Of a DNA stretch of 64,000 nt, positions 26,950 through 39,830 are shown in pieces. Every line of letters starts with the position of its first letter. Positions within the stretch are counted from its first letter, which is position 1. A program made the translations under genes and the position numbers. The stretch is from Eledone cirrhosa (lineage: Eukaryota). The stretch lies in NCBI GenBank assembly GCA_964016885.1, contig OZ024741.1, positions 234,050,001-234,114,000 of the forward strand. The letters are read 5' to 3'. The notes below the pieces were generated by a model that was not told the origin of the DNA, made no database searches, and worked only from the letters and a program-made list of their open reading frames with translations.

Positions 26950-27490
26950 CAAACCAGGTTGTTGCATGCTACTGGTACCATGTAGCCCAGTACAACCTGT
27001 TTCATGGTCAGGTGGTTGGCGACTAAACCAGCTCCCCCACTAGATCCTGGTCTGGCAAGGAGGGTAAGTGGAAATCCTGCAGCACAAAAACAAGAGCTGT
27101 CAAAAGGCGGATGAGCTCCACAGAGTCAATGGTCATTCACCCCAACTATAGGTTAAATAGCCTCATCAACCTGAAATTAGCCAAGCATGGTGAGTATGGC
27201 TACACTCCCTGGAGAGGTTAAACTCCATGGCAATTGTAACTGCCCTGTTATCTTGCCTTGGTCACTGGACACATAGCTGTGGAGGTGGAGTGGGTGCTAT
27301 CTGTGTAGCACAAACCCGTAGCATTTTCATCTTTATGGCAGATATTTCTTCACAAGTCCCACAGTGTTGAAGGAGTGGCAAGGTGTGCAGACTCAACTAG
27401 TTAGAAGCACATAGTCACAAATCTACACATGGGTGGCTTGAGTCCTATCCTAACATCACTGCACTGTTATCTTGAACTACAACATGCTTC
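26950..27490 (+). mobile_element. Probable LINE (RTE-like) 5' UTR fragment
   Basis: GC-richer non-coding segment resembling RTE leaders; no intact ORF. Confidence 0.4.
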
Positions 27491-27506
27491 TGCGAAGTCT
27501 TGAGCA

Positions 27507-27622
27507 TCAACTTTTCTAGACCCTTCCCATGTGGTATAGGTGAGCAGTGCATCCACAAAAAGAACTCTTTTTGTGGATGCACTGCTCACCTATACCACAT
27601 GGGAAGGGTCTAGAAAAGTTGA
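27507..27622. repeat. Perfect palindrome, 57-bp arms and 2-nt spacer
   Basis: TCAACTTTTCTAGACCC...CACAAAAAGA AC TCTTTTTGTG...GGGTCTAGAAAAGTTGA. Confidence 0.95.
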
Positions 27623-28165
27623 CCTAAACAAAGCCTATTCAGTCATCAAACTGGCCAGCAGCCTGGAGTTTACAGGGAGTTTGTTGAAGAGATGGCTGTC
27701 TTCTGTAAAGAAGTGGCTATTATCATATGTATATATATACTTCATTTTTGAATTTGCTTTGCAAGATTTCTTATCTGAAAATGTCTTGAAACATATATTG
27801 TTATACTTTAGGAGGGTCATGCTGACCTTCCCACAGTATAACAATGTATATATATATATATATATATGACAAGAGTAGATTTCTTTAAACAATTTAATAG
27901 TTTTACAAATGTGTCAATACATCTTATTTATTTAATACTTATGTTATTTCAATTTAGTTAAAGAGGAAAATATTGAGTAAAACAAAACATTACTAATTAT
28001 TGTACATCTTCAAAAGCACTATAAACGGTAATATTATGCCCCTAACTTCTTCTATTCTTAAAACAACATCTATTTCTATCTATAATGACATAAACACATT
28101 GACTTTGAAAATATGATTATTTGGCAGTATTAACTCTCATTGAATTAACTCCACATATATTTCTA

Positions 28166-28196
<31 letters not shown>

Positions 28197-28246
28197 TAGA
28201 TAGATAGATAAATATACACAGGTGTGTATGATTGTGTATAGAAGAT

Positions 28247-28623
28247 TATATTAATAAAAGGAATTCCAACTTTGTCTGATTTACTCGTTTTATTTACAAT
28301 CCTTTAAAATTTATAATGGTATTAGAATGAAATAGTAAAGTAGAATATTAAATGTTAAGTGTTAATTGAACAAGTACTTTCATGCTTTCGCAATCTTCAG
28401 GTTCATAATGTGTGGTGACAGTCAAGTTTGCAAAAATTGCAAACTTGACTGTCACCACACATTATGAACCTGAAGATTGCGAAAGCATGAAAGTACTTGT
28501 TCAATTAACACTTAACATTTAATATTCTACTTTACTATTTCATTCTAATACCATTATAAATTTTAAAGGATTGTAAATAAAACGAGTAAATCAGACAAAG
28601 TTGGAATTCCTTTTATTAATATA
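28247..28623. mobile_element. 377-bp palindromic element (187-bp arms, 3-nt loop) with an HHR in each arm, ending in (TA)n
   Basis: Arms read as exact reverse complements around 28435. Confidence 0.93.
28465..28503 (+). ncRNA. Minimal type I hammerhead ribozyme motif (identical mirror copy at 28367-28405, -)
   Basis: UGAAC CUGAAGA U-UGC-GAAA-GCA-U GAA AGUACU U GUUCA; GNRA loop on stem II, palindromic stem III. Confidence 0.83.
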
Positions 28624-28795
28624 TATATATATACATACATATATATATATACGTCAATACTCATCTTTTTCCATTTATCTGAGGGTTCTAAACCCCGTTA
28701 TCAAGCTAAAATTCCTTTAGTCAAAAATACGGTGAAAGCTATATATTTTCTAATTTCAAACTCCTCGCTCACTGTTTCAAAACATACTTACTTGA

Positions 28796-28837
<42 letters not shown>

Positions 28838-28838
28838 C

Positions 28839-29621
<783 letters not shown>

Positions 29622-29801
29622 ATAACGAAGGAGGTGTGGTAAGGAACCAGATAGACCATAACGCACCAGAGTACTCAATACTTAGGGTAATAGGAAAAAG
29701 TTTGACCCCGACGGTAGAGATCAAGCCGTTTCAACAGCTATTTCTGTCCAGAAATAGCCGTCAAAACGGCTTGAGCTCTGCCGTCGGGATCAAACTTTTT
29801 C
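29622..29801 (-). mobile_element. Second family B tail-plus-hairpin element
   Basis: Homologous to 7161-7363; inverted repeat 29694-29801. Confidence 0.8.
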
Positions 29802-29817
29802 ATATATATATTATATA

Positions 29818-31168
29818 TATATTGTTATACTTGGGGAGGGTCATATTGTTGTAATAATATTGCCAGAAATAATAACAGAACACACTCACTGTTTGGTTGG
29901 TTTTCGCTTCTGTATCTTTTATATCTCCACAGTTAATTCATTTGGTCCTCAATGTTTATCATTGACTGACCAACGGTCAAAAATACAGATATAAATACAT
30001 ATATATAGTCTAACAAAGTTCTTTCGTTGCACATCTGCAACATCATCAGTGGTACTATTATGTTCCTCCTGTTGTATTGTATGTCTACGCTATTTTTATT
30101 TTGTCTATTTATTTATTTATTTTTGTCTTCTCAGCATTTACGTGTGTGTAATAGTGTTTGGTGTGTGTGTTCGCGTTTCGGTGACTGTGTTTTGGTTATT
30201 GTATTCTATCTTGGTTATTGTATTCTATCTGTGTGTTTATATGTGTCTGTTGTTATTGTGCTTGTGTATATATATATATTTATTTATTTATTTATTTATA
30301 TTTCTCTTAAGTCAGTATTGTTTGTTTGGGTGTTGTTATTCCATTCATTTTTCTGTTTAGCTTTGACTTTCTAAGCTCTATTTCGCTTGCCTCTCTGATT
30401 TGCCTATCTGCTAGGTCATTTCTATGTTTAGATATTATTTTAATTTCTATGTTGTCTATGTTACCGTCATGTTGTTGTCTGGCGTGTTCATATAGTACTG
30501 AACCGTTTTTTTCGTCCTTTTAATTCCCCCCAGTGTTGGTCTATCCTTTCTTCTATGCTTCGAGCTGTCTCACCTATGTATGTTGTTGTCATGTTTCTGA
30601 AAGTACCCTCTGTACATCTTATGCTATAGACTACATTTCTAGTTTTACAGTTTATCTGGGGGTTTACTTTACATATAACACATTTCCTATTAGTACAGTG
30701 GGTTTTCTTAAAAGAGTATGTTTTGCTGATGAGGGATTTTATGGTAGTTGCTGGTTTTTCTACCACTTTAAAATTTAAGTGTGTTTTTCTCAGGGCTTTT
30801 CTACATTGGTTAGCTAATCTCCCTCCAGGGGTAGCGTCCACGAACATGACACTCTGGTATCTCTGGTTGTCGTACCAAGAGGTGGCTTTCCCTATCTTAT
30901 GTCTAGTCCTATCTAAGGTATTCCATGATTTGCTCCTGTATAATGGGCAAATTCCTTTCATGTCCAGTTCTATGAGGGTCTTATACTTCTCCGTGGCTCC
31001 TTTGTATACTCTGATTCTGTCTCTTTGGTTGTAGCCAGAGAACTGCATGCGGTTGATGAAGTGTTGGATGTGTCTTTCCATTTCTGTTGGGTCGCACATG
31101 CGGGACACGTTCTTCATCACTCGTACCAAGTCTGTGATCAGAATATTAAACTTAGCACTACTGGACAT
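29818..31168 (-). mobile_element. 5'-truncated Penelope-like retroelement: post-RT region, Cys-rich linker, GIY-YIG endonuclease, 3' UTR and HHR-bearing end; bounded by TA runs
   Basis: FINRMQFSGY, FVDATPGGRLA, KVVEKP, CTNRKCVIC, NVVYSIRC...YIGETARSIEERIDQH; after one frameshift SVLYEHARQQH...RQIREASEIE...LNRK. Confidence 0.88.
30006..30057 (-). ncRNA. Hammerhead motif in the PLE 3' terminal repeat
   Basis: UAGUACCA CUGAUGA U GUUGCA-gaug-UGCAAC GAA AGAACU U UGUUAGACUA; stem I imperfect. Confidence 0.7.
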
Positions 31169-31182
31169 ATGTATATATATAT

Positions 31183-31652
31183 ATGATGCCTGTGTGAGGA
31201 GCGCGATGCTGCATGGTAGTGAGACATGGGCAGCAACTGCAGAGGATATGCGACGGCTGGAGAGAAATGAGGCAAGCATGCTCCATTGGATGTGCAGTGT
31301 CAATGTGCGTGAACGACCCAGCATGAATGTGTTGAGAGAGAAACTGTGTCTGAGAGGGATAGAATGTAGTGTACGGGAGAGGAGACTGAGGTGGTATGGA
31401 CATGTGATGCACATGGAGGATGACCGATGGTTGAAGAAGTGCCAGGAAATGCCAGATGAAGGAAGACGTGGTAGAGGTAGACCACGAAAAACATGGGCGG
31501 AGGTGGTGAGAACAGACTTCAGATATCTGAAGCTCACGGTGGAGATGACGAAGGACCGTGACAAGTGGAGAGATGCTGTGCTGAATAAGACCCGTCCCAC
31601 CCTTGCAAGCAGGGAAGAGCGGACGTAAAATGATGATGATGATGATGATGAT
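31183..31652 (+). mobile_element. RTE LINE 3' fragment with open frame and (GAT)n tail
   Basis: YDACVRSAMLHGSETW...RRLRWYGHVMHM...RRGRGRPRKTW. Confidence 0.92.
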
Positions 31653-31769
31653 ATATAATTCTGAATAAAAAATATTGGTTGATCAATAATTGATTGACTA
31701 TAGTGTTAGCATGGTACAACATGGGTACCTTAAAGTATTACATATAAGATATCAAACAGGGTGTCAATA

Positions 31770-31912
31770 TTATAAAAAAGGGAGAAAGTTGGTTTTACAT
31801 ATACATCCTCTGTTTATTATATAATCCTGTTATGCACATTGCCCATGTACATAACAAGATTATATAATAAACAGAGGATGATATGTAAAACCATCTCTCT
31901 TCTTTTTTATAA
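31770..31912. repeat. Imperfect ~70-bp-arm inverted repeat next to (TA)n
   Basis: TATAAAAAAGGGAGAAAG...TTATGCACAT tgccc ATGTACATAA...CTCTCTTCTTTTTTATA. Confidence 0.85.
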
Positions 31913-32165
31913 CTTATATATATATCATAGGCACCCATTAGTCACGAATAACCATGGTTTTGAACCTAGAAAATTCCCCTCTGAGGCACAAGCCTGGGCA
32001 AGGTCTGTTTGTGGAAACCAGTAGTTGCCCATGAATGCTAGTCTCTCCTCTCCACAACACCGGTGTTCAAGGGAAAAGCAATGACCAATACAGCTTGGCA
32101 CTAGTGATGTTGCAATTCATTTCTACAGTTGAGTGAACTGGAGCAATGTGAAATAAAGTGTTTTG

Positions 32166-32212
<47 letters not shown>

Positions 32213-33019
32213 TATCATCGCTGTTTAACACCCACCTTCCATGCTAGCATTGGTTAGATAGGTTGTTAGGCTGGTTGGGTTAGGTGACCGTATCTTGCTT
32301 ATGATCTGAGTTCAAATCGCACCGAGGTTAGCTTTGCCTTTCATCCTTACGAGGTCGATAAAATAAAGTACCAGTAATACACTGGGATAATTGCTGGCCT
32401 TGTGCCAAAAGTAGAAACAATTATTGTCTGATGTCCATTCTCCATGCTTGCATGTGTTAGATGGGTTGTCACATTATGAGACAAGTCAGGTCAGGTGTCC
32501 ATGTCTTGCTCATAAGGAACTGTTTTTAGCTTTGTTTCTATGGTTGGATGCCCTTCCGAATGCCAACCACATTACAGTGTAGACTGGGTGTTTTTTGCTA
32601 TGTCAGCCATATGTTCACCTTACAGGATAAACTGGGTGCTTTTTGTCATGTCACCAGCACGACCACTCTACAGGATGAACTGGGTGCCATACTCACATAC
32701 ATACACACACACGCACACACATATATATATATATAAACATGTATGTACAAAAATAATAAAGGTGGTTTTGGGGCAGGGCAAGTCAATTATATTGACTCCA
32801 ATACTTGACTGGTACTTTATTTTATGAACCTGAGAAAGATGAAAGGCAAAGTATATCATTTGTTTTATACATGTGCACATTATCTGTTTAATATCATATT
32901 TACAACAGAATCATAATTAATCATATAAGAATGCTTAATTATCTACAACTTACATAATTATGGAATACAATCAAATAAAGTTATGTAAAAAAATTACATC
33001 AATGATTATCATTCTCACA

Positions 33020-34100
33020 GCAATAGTGCTCTTCTCAATATGTCTGCCATATTAGTTAAAACAATTTTTTTGTATTTCTTGCAGTAATGGTAAGCCAGGG
33101 ATCATTATCAAATATTTTTCTGTTCTTTTTGTTATCATTCCTAGTGCTCCTGCAACCTCTGGTATTGTAACCATGAGCAAATCTTTATATTTTCTGAGCT
33201 TGTCAAATTCTTTTGCCACAGTATTGTGATCTCATAGGATATTAATATCAGTCAATAAACATACTTTGTTATTTTGGTCTTTTACAATAATATTCAATCT
33301 ATTAACTTTCATGGTTCTCTCTGTATGCACAGGAAAGTCCTAAAGAATTGTTCCATTTTCTCCCTCATTTACAGCCTCAGGGTGATGCTTTACCATTTTG
33401 TCATGACATCTCTTATACTCTTTCTGAGCTACTGGTGTGCATTGACATATGCCATACAGTTTCTCCATTCGTGCCACAAATTCTATGCTTATCATTATTA
33501 TTAGAGTTATGCCTCTTTATGGTCTGAGTTCAAATTCCGCCGAGGTTAACTTTGTCTTTCATCTTTACGGGATCGATAAAATAAAGCACCAGTAATGCAC
33601 TGGGATAATTGCTGGTCATGTGCCAAAAGTAGAAACAATTATTATTATTATTATTATTATAGTAAACATGATGATTACTGCATCTTCTACTGTTAGTCGA
33701 GTCTCAACGAAGACCTTTGACAGACTTTACTAAGTATATGTGCAGTCGTCTGTAAAAGAGCAATTTGTGATATGTTCTATTTGCTAATGATTCCCTCTTA
33801 GTTTTAGTGGTATCAAGCCCAAAGCTCTAATAGAATTATTTTCATGTTGTTCGGTGGTATTGACCATATTTGTGCAAATTCGACCTTCAAATCAGTTATT
33901 TTTTTCAATTTCTATCAATGTGATGTGCTCTTTTGAACTGGAAACATCAATAACCTGACATTTTAAGCCTATTTCTGAGCTTAACTACAGTATCGAGTCT
34001 GTTGAGTTCAAATCTACAATCCATTTGAATAGTGAAGTCTCAGACTATTTGGGATTTATCTTTGTCATCGAAGACACTTTGTAGGACATGCTGGTGCCAC
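33020..34100 (-). mobile_element. Two decayed fragments of restriction-like-endonuclease (R4/Dong-like) LINE 3' ends, with a SINE between them (33522-33660)
   Basis: Minus-strand LIDINIL...KEFDKLRKYKDL...IPEVAGALGMI-type motifs. Confidence 0.6.
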
Positions 34101-34978
34101 TTATACGACACCTGATATCCATATTTTTTGCACGTTGACCAGTGAATATACATAGACCTTGTCACGTCTTTTATTATTTACATGTTTATATATATATATC
34201 GTGAAGGCATGTAGCTGAGTGGTTAGATAACTGAATTCGCAATCGTGAGGTTTTGAATTTGATTCTTGGACTGGGTTATGCGGTAGATAGTATTAGCAAT
34301 TAGAAAGACTAATGGAAACATTGTTTCCTTGGTCCAATTTGACAAGATCTGGGATCCTGTCTATCGACTGTCGATATATATATTTCACACAATGTAATTT
34401 ATGGATGTACCAAAAGTGTGATAGCTAGGATAAGAACAGGTTTGGAAGAAGTTCAGAGATCTATTATCACTGCTAACAATAAAATGCTTTTCTCTCAGAG
34501 TAAAGGGTAGACTCCATGATACCTGTGTGCAAACTGTAATGCTACATGTCAGTGAAACACAGAACAAAAATGGGGGTAGGAGTCAGGAGGTCCCTTCAGT
34601 TATGTCAAGGATATGACAGCCTCCCTAGTGTTTAGTGACCTACACAATAAATGCACCCAGTACACACTAAAGTGGTTGGTGATAGGAAGGGTATCCAAGT
34701 GTAGAGGACTTGCCAAACAAAGGGTTGGTAGGGTCCTCAGTTGTGTCAAAGACATGACAACTTCTCCTGTGTACTTGGTAGAATGTGAGACTTTACATAA
34801 GCAAGTCGCAGATACCTGGGAGATCAGTAGCCTCGCTTCAGTACTGACTTCTTTTATGTAGACGCATCAAATCCTTGCTATCGGGGAAAGTGGACATTAA
34901 AACAATGATGATGAAGAGGAGGAGGATGGTAGGAGTCAGGGAAAATTTGAAGTAAAAAGAAAATAGACCAAAAAAATC

Positions 34979-35010
<32 letters not shown>

Positions 35011-35027
35011 GTATATATGTGTGTGTG

Positions 35028-35074
<47 letters not shown>

Positions 35075-35588
35075 TCATACATACACATGTACATACAAAC
35101 AAGCATGCATGCATAAGCACATCCCCCCACCACCACCACCACCACCACAACCACACACACAGACACATTTCACAAGTATATTGAAGCAGTAAATAGATTG
35201 TAAAGCATTAATCCTATAGTTTCCCTTTGTAAACTGTCAGATATTTTTTCTTTGTCATTGCACCTTAACAGCAAGCGTTGCTTCTGTGTGTGGGGGTGGG
35301 CTGGGGGTGTAAGGGTCACAGCAGTTCTTGTGTCTCTGGAACACTGTGTTGGGGAGGGAGGGGACAGGCATGCATTGAAGCACCATGCTAATGACAATCT
35401 TGTCTAGTAATGCTTCCTATGTGCATATGGCTATGTGTACATGTAATTTATGTATGTGAGTGAGTGTGTGTGTGTTTGTGTCAATACCCTGTCTCTTTAG
35501 TGTCTGTATACACATGTGTATAATTTTATTAGAATGCTCACATTATGTGTACATCTTGATGTGCATAAATATTTGTGCATATGTGATT

Positions 35589-35633
<45 letters not shown>

Positions 35634-37179
35634 CACACACATCTATGTATATATAGACACACACACACACATATATATATATATACACATATCTTATATA
35701 TATATATAGATATATAATATATCATCATTATCGTATTAAGAAGTTTAAGGTAATTCTAATGTAGATATAACTGCTGTTTTTTTTAACTAGAAGCCTTCAT
35801 TGTGAATACATTGAAGTGTATACACTTTCTGCTATCCCTCTGTACACAGAAAAACATAACATTAATTACCTTCATGCATCTTGGAGATTATTTTAGTTTT
35901 GCCCAGACTGTCTTTTATATTATATCATATCTTACATCCAAAAATTTGAAAAGAACTAAGGCTAATAGAGAACACCTTATTGACTCACTTCTGGGCCGCA
36001 ACACACATTTTGCTAAGCCCCCTTCCCCCATACTCTAAAGTATTTGATCAATTACTATCAAGTTTTAATAAAGATTTAATAATCTTTTTGAGAAAACTTC
36101 ATTAGTGTGGTCATTAAAATTAGAGACATTTATAGGGCACTAGATTGAGTTGTTAAAGTGTTGCATAAAATGCTTTGTAGCATTTGTTCTGAGTTCAAAT
36201 CCTGTCAAGGTTAATTTTACCTTTCATCCCTTCAGGGTCAATAAAGTACCAGTGAAACACTGGGATCAATATGATTAACTGTCCTTCTCCAACAAATGTT
36301 CTGGCCTTCTGCCAATGTTGAATGCGATAATTACAGATATTTATTGATTTCAATTCCTGTTTTTTTGGTAAAGTTCTGATATATTTTAAGTTTTCTTTGA
36401 ATGTTAACTGTTTTGATACCAAACTGCCTGAAACTGGCACTAGTTCTACTATATAAAGTTGTTTATATAAAAATCTTTATATTTATCTAAACACTTTCCA
36501 TTGTAATAATATGTGTAAGAACTTTTGTTAAGTTATGTTCCAAACACCAACTTAATAATGAGAAAGTTAGTTATATTACTAAATCCGACCTTTTTTAAAA
36601 TGATTTTCAAAATGATTTTAAAATCATAAGCAATGTCTTTAATTAGAAATATGGTAATGAAAGGGTTAAAGACATACTAAGATCCCAAAAGTAAAATAAG
36701 AATTAAAAAATATATTGTAGTGAAGAGATATGCAGTTGGTTTTACACTCATTGTAACATGTTTTGGACAGGATATCATTAGACTGACTTAATTAAATAGT
36801 TAGATGATTAATCTAGTGGCAGAGTCCATTGTAAACAATTGTTAATGTAGGAATTACTATTATCATCATCATAATTGGTTTTACATGTTTTTCCATGCTG
36901 AGCCGAGGCTTAACCAGGTTTCATATTGCATTAAGTGACTGAGATTACAAGATTTCTGCCTGGATAGGATGCCTGTCTGTTGCAAGATTTACCACCCACC
37001 TCACCCCACCCCTGCTGCTGTTGGTACTAATTCTCAGTTGAGTGAACTGGAGCAAGGAGAAATGAAAGATCTTGTTCCAGGACATAACACAATGTTGGGT
37101 GGGGATTGAACCCACAGCTTATCAATTGTGAGATCAACACCCTAACCACCAGGCTACATACCTTCACATGTAGAAATAA

Positions 37180-38325
37180 AAAGATAGTTATACAGACAGT
37201 TGCAGCCAATGGGGCCCACTCAAAGGAAACATCAATAATAAGTAGGGTGCCCCAGGGCACAGTCTTTGAACCACTACTGTTTTTGGTGGCTCTCTCAGAC
37301 ATGCCCTCTGTAGTACATACAACATCCCTCAATAGCTATGCTGATGACACAAAGGTAGCACAGGCAATCAAAAACCTGGCTGATGCTGCCCATTTACAAC
37401 AATATCTGGATGCTATATACAAATGGTCTGAGGACAACAACATGCACTTTAATGCTGGCAAATTTCAAGCCCTAAAATACCAACCTGCAAACACAAAGAC
37501 AATACAACACAGCTACACCGGACCAAGAAGGATCGAAATCCCCGTGTCGAAATTGATACAAGACCTGGGGATAGATAATGAATGACGATGCATCTTTTTC
37601 TTCACACATCAAGAGGGTGGCGACAATAGTCAGATGACTCGCTGGCTGGATCTTGAGGACTTTCTGGACAAGTGACCAAGAGACCATGTTGATACTATGG
37701 AGGACATTTGTCCTAAGCCGCCTGGACTATTGCTCCCAGCTGTGGTCACCCCATAGTATCAAACTAACCACGGAGCTTGAGGCAATCCAACGAACCTACA
37801 CCAAGAGGATTGCCACAATGAAGGAGATAAGCTACTGGGAGAGGCTAAACTAACTGAAACTCTACTCCTTGGAACGAAGACAGGAGAGATACGCAGTGAT
37901 CTACATGTGGAAAATCCTGGAGGGACTAGCACCAATCTTTGGCATTGAGAGCTGGACCAACCCCCGAACAGGATGTCACTGTGTGGTACCAAAGGTCCCG
38001 TCTTCCACATCTAGAATAAGGAGCAGATATTGCAATAGCCTGAGGTTCAAAGGCCCTCAACTCTTCAACAAGCTGCCAAGAAATTTGAGAGATCTGTATG
38101 GTGTGGACATAGATGTTTTCAAGAAACAACTCAACACCCTGCTATCCAGGATCCTGGATGAGCCCACAACATGGTATGAAGGTAACCTAAGAGCAGCAGC
38201 AATGAACTCCCTCTTACACCAATGGCCAGCCAACACAGGCTGGAGATAGAATGTGTAGCAACAAGGGCAGTGCCCCAGTATGGCCTCAGCCGGATGGCTG
38301 GAACAGGTAAAAGAGTAAAAGAGTA
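37180..38325 (+). mobile_element. 5'-truncated CR1/L2-group LINE (RT C-terminal half, frameshifted)
   Basis: SRVPQGTVFEPLLF, YADDTK, SRLDYCSQLWSP, LYSLERRQERY; tandem GTAAAAGA tail. Confidence 0.92.
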
Positions 38326-38414
38326 TATCTGGTTATAATGCATATTTGGTCATTTTTAAATATTGATTTTCTTTTTCAAACTGACTTTTTCTGTGATTGG
38401 AATATCACTAGATT

Positions 38415-38715
38415 ATATTTGATGGTTTATTTGTCAGTAACCACATTATGGGATGGTTTATAGAGTTATTAAAGGTTATTGCTACTCAATGATGGTTTAA
38501 TTGTTACTAACCACGTTACTGGATGGTTTATAGCCTGATATTCAGAGTTATTACTATCCAATACTGGATGGTTTATTGACCGTTATTAAGAGTTATTACC
38601 ATCCAGTGATGGTTTCTTTGTCACTAGTCACATTACTGGATGGTTTATAGACAGTTATTACCAGCCGATGATGGTTTAATTGTTAGGAGTCATGTTACTG
38701 GATGTTTTATAACCA
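38415..38715. repeat. Degenerate tandem repeat with GATGGTTTA core
   Basis: About 9 GATGGTTT-like motifs in alternating sub-units. Confidence 0.75.
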
Positions 38716-38934
38716 GAGATTAAACATTTTAATTGTTGTTAGTTGTTTTAAAAATCAAATGCATTTCCACAATTGCCATCTTATTATTTCTAAACAACAA
38801 CAAATATGTTTCTCTCTCTTTGAAAATGTTTGATTATTGTAAACATGTGTAAGAGATGTATTGCTGTATGGTAGTGAGATATCGGTACTGAATGTGGAAG
38901 ACATGCTGAGGATAGAGAGAAATTGAATATAATA

Positions 38935-39335
38935 CAGTTTGGTCAGTTAAAATCCAGTGACTCTAAACGCTGATTGGTCAATTAAAATCCTCTAACCAGT
39001 GACACTAAACACTGATTGGTCAATTAAAATCCTCTAACCACTGATACTAAACACTGATTGGTCAATTAAAATCCTCTAACCACTGATACTGAATACTGAT
39101 TGGTCAATTAAAATCCTCTAACCAGTGTCACTAAACACTGAATGGTCAATTAAAACCCTCTAAGCAGTGACACTAAATACTGATTGGTCAGTTAAAATCT
39201 TCTAACAAGTGGCACTAAACACTGATTGGTCAGTTAAAACCTTCTAACCAGTGACACTAAATACTGATTGGTCAGTTAAAATCTTCTAACCAGTGACACT
39301 AAACACTGATTTGTCAGTTAAAATATTCTCACCAA
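38935..39335. repeat. 42-bp minisatellite, about 9 copies, most containing CTGATTGGTC (inverted CCAAT box)
   Basis: Unit TGATTGGTCAATTAAAATCCTCTAACCAGTGACACTAAACAC (38971-39012). Confidence 0.92.
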
Positions 39336-39830
39336 TGATGCTATTGTTTACCAAATATATATAAAACAAATAAACCCTTTACTCTGCTCAGTTTGACCAG
39401 ATGGAATTTTTCCACTATAGAACTTAAATGAAAAGATTGGCTTAATCTGTGACCTCAACAAAGAGTTTTGTTTTGTTGTTTATTTTTGTTCATGTTTCTT
39501 TTTTAATTCACTGAATTTGATTTATTTTTATTTTTATTTTTTTCCAGATGATTCATTCTACATACAGTGGCAAGAAGTTTAACCTACTTAAAGAAGTTAC
39601 TTACTTTCATACAAGACCCCAGTCATCACCAGCTGTTGGCAATACCACTAATTTTTATTATCCAGGATAATCTTTACTAAAACAATCCATAGAAATAATT
39701 GCAGAAATTTTTCTCTTTCTTTTTTATTTTTTATTTAGATAAATTAAGTGATATTTATACATGCAACTATAAATTCTGAAAAAAAAAGCAAACAAAAAAA
39801 AACAACAATAAACAAACAAAATTAGGAAAA

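Noticed and set aside
30488-30490. TGA in the PLE ORF as a possible selenocysteine codon
   Set aside because: Homologous-looking sequence continues in another frame (SVLYEHARQQH...), so this is a frameshift
30488-31600. 370-aa ORF as one protein
   Set aside because: Chimeric: the first ~140 aa are antisense RTE sequence joined through a TA run to the PLE frame
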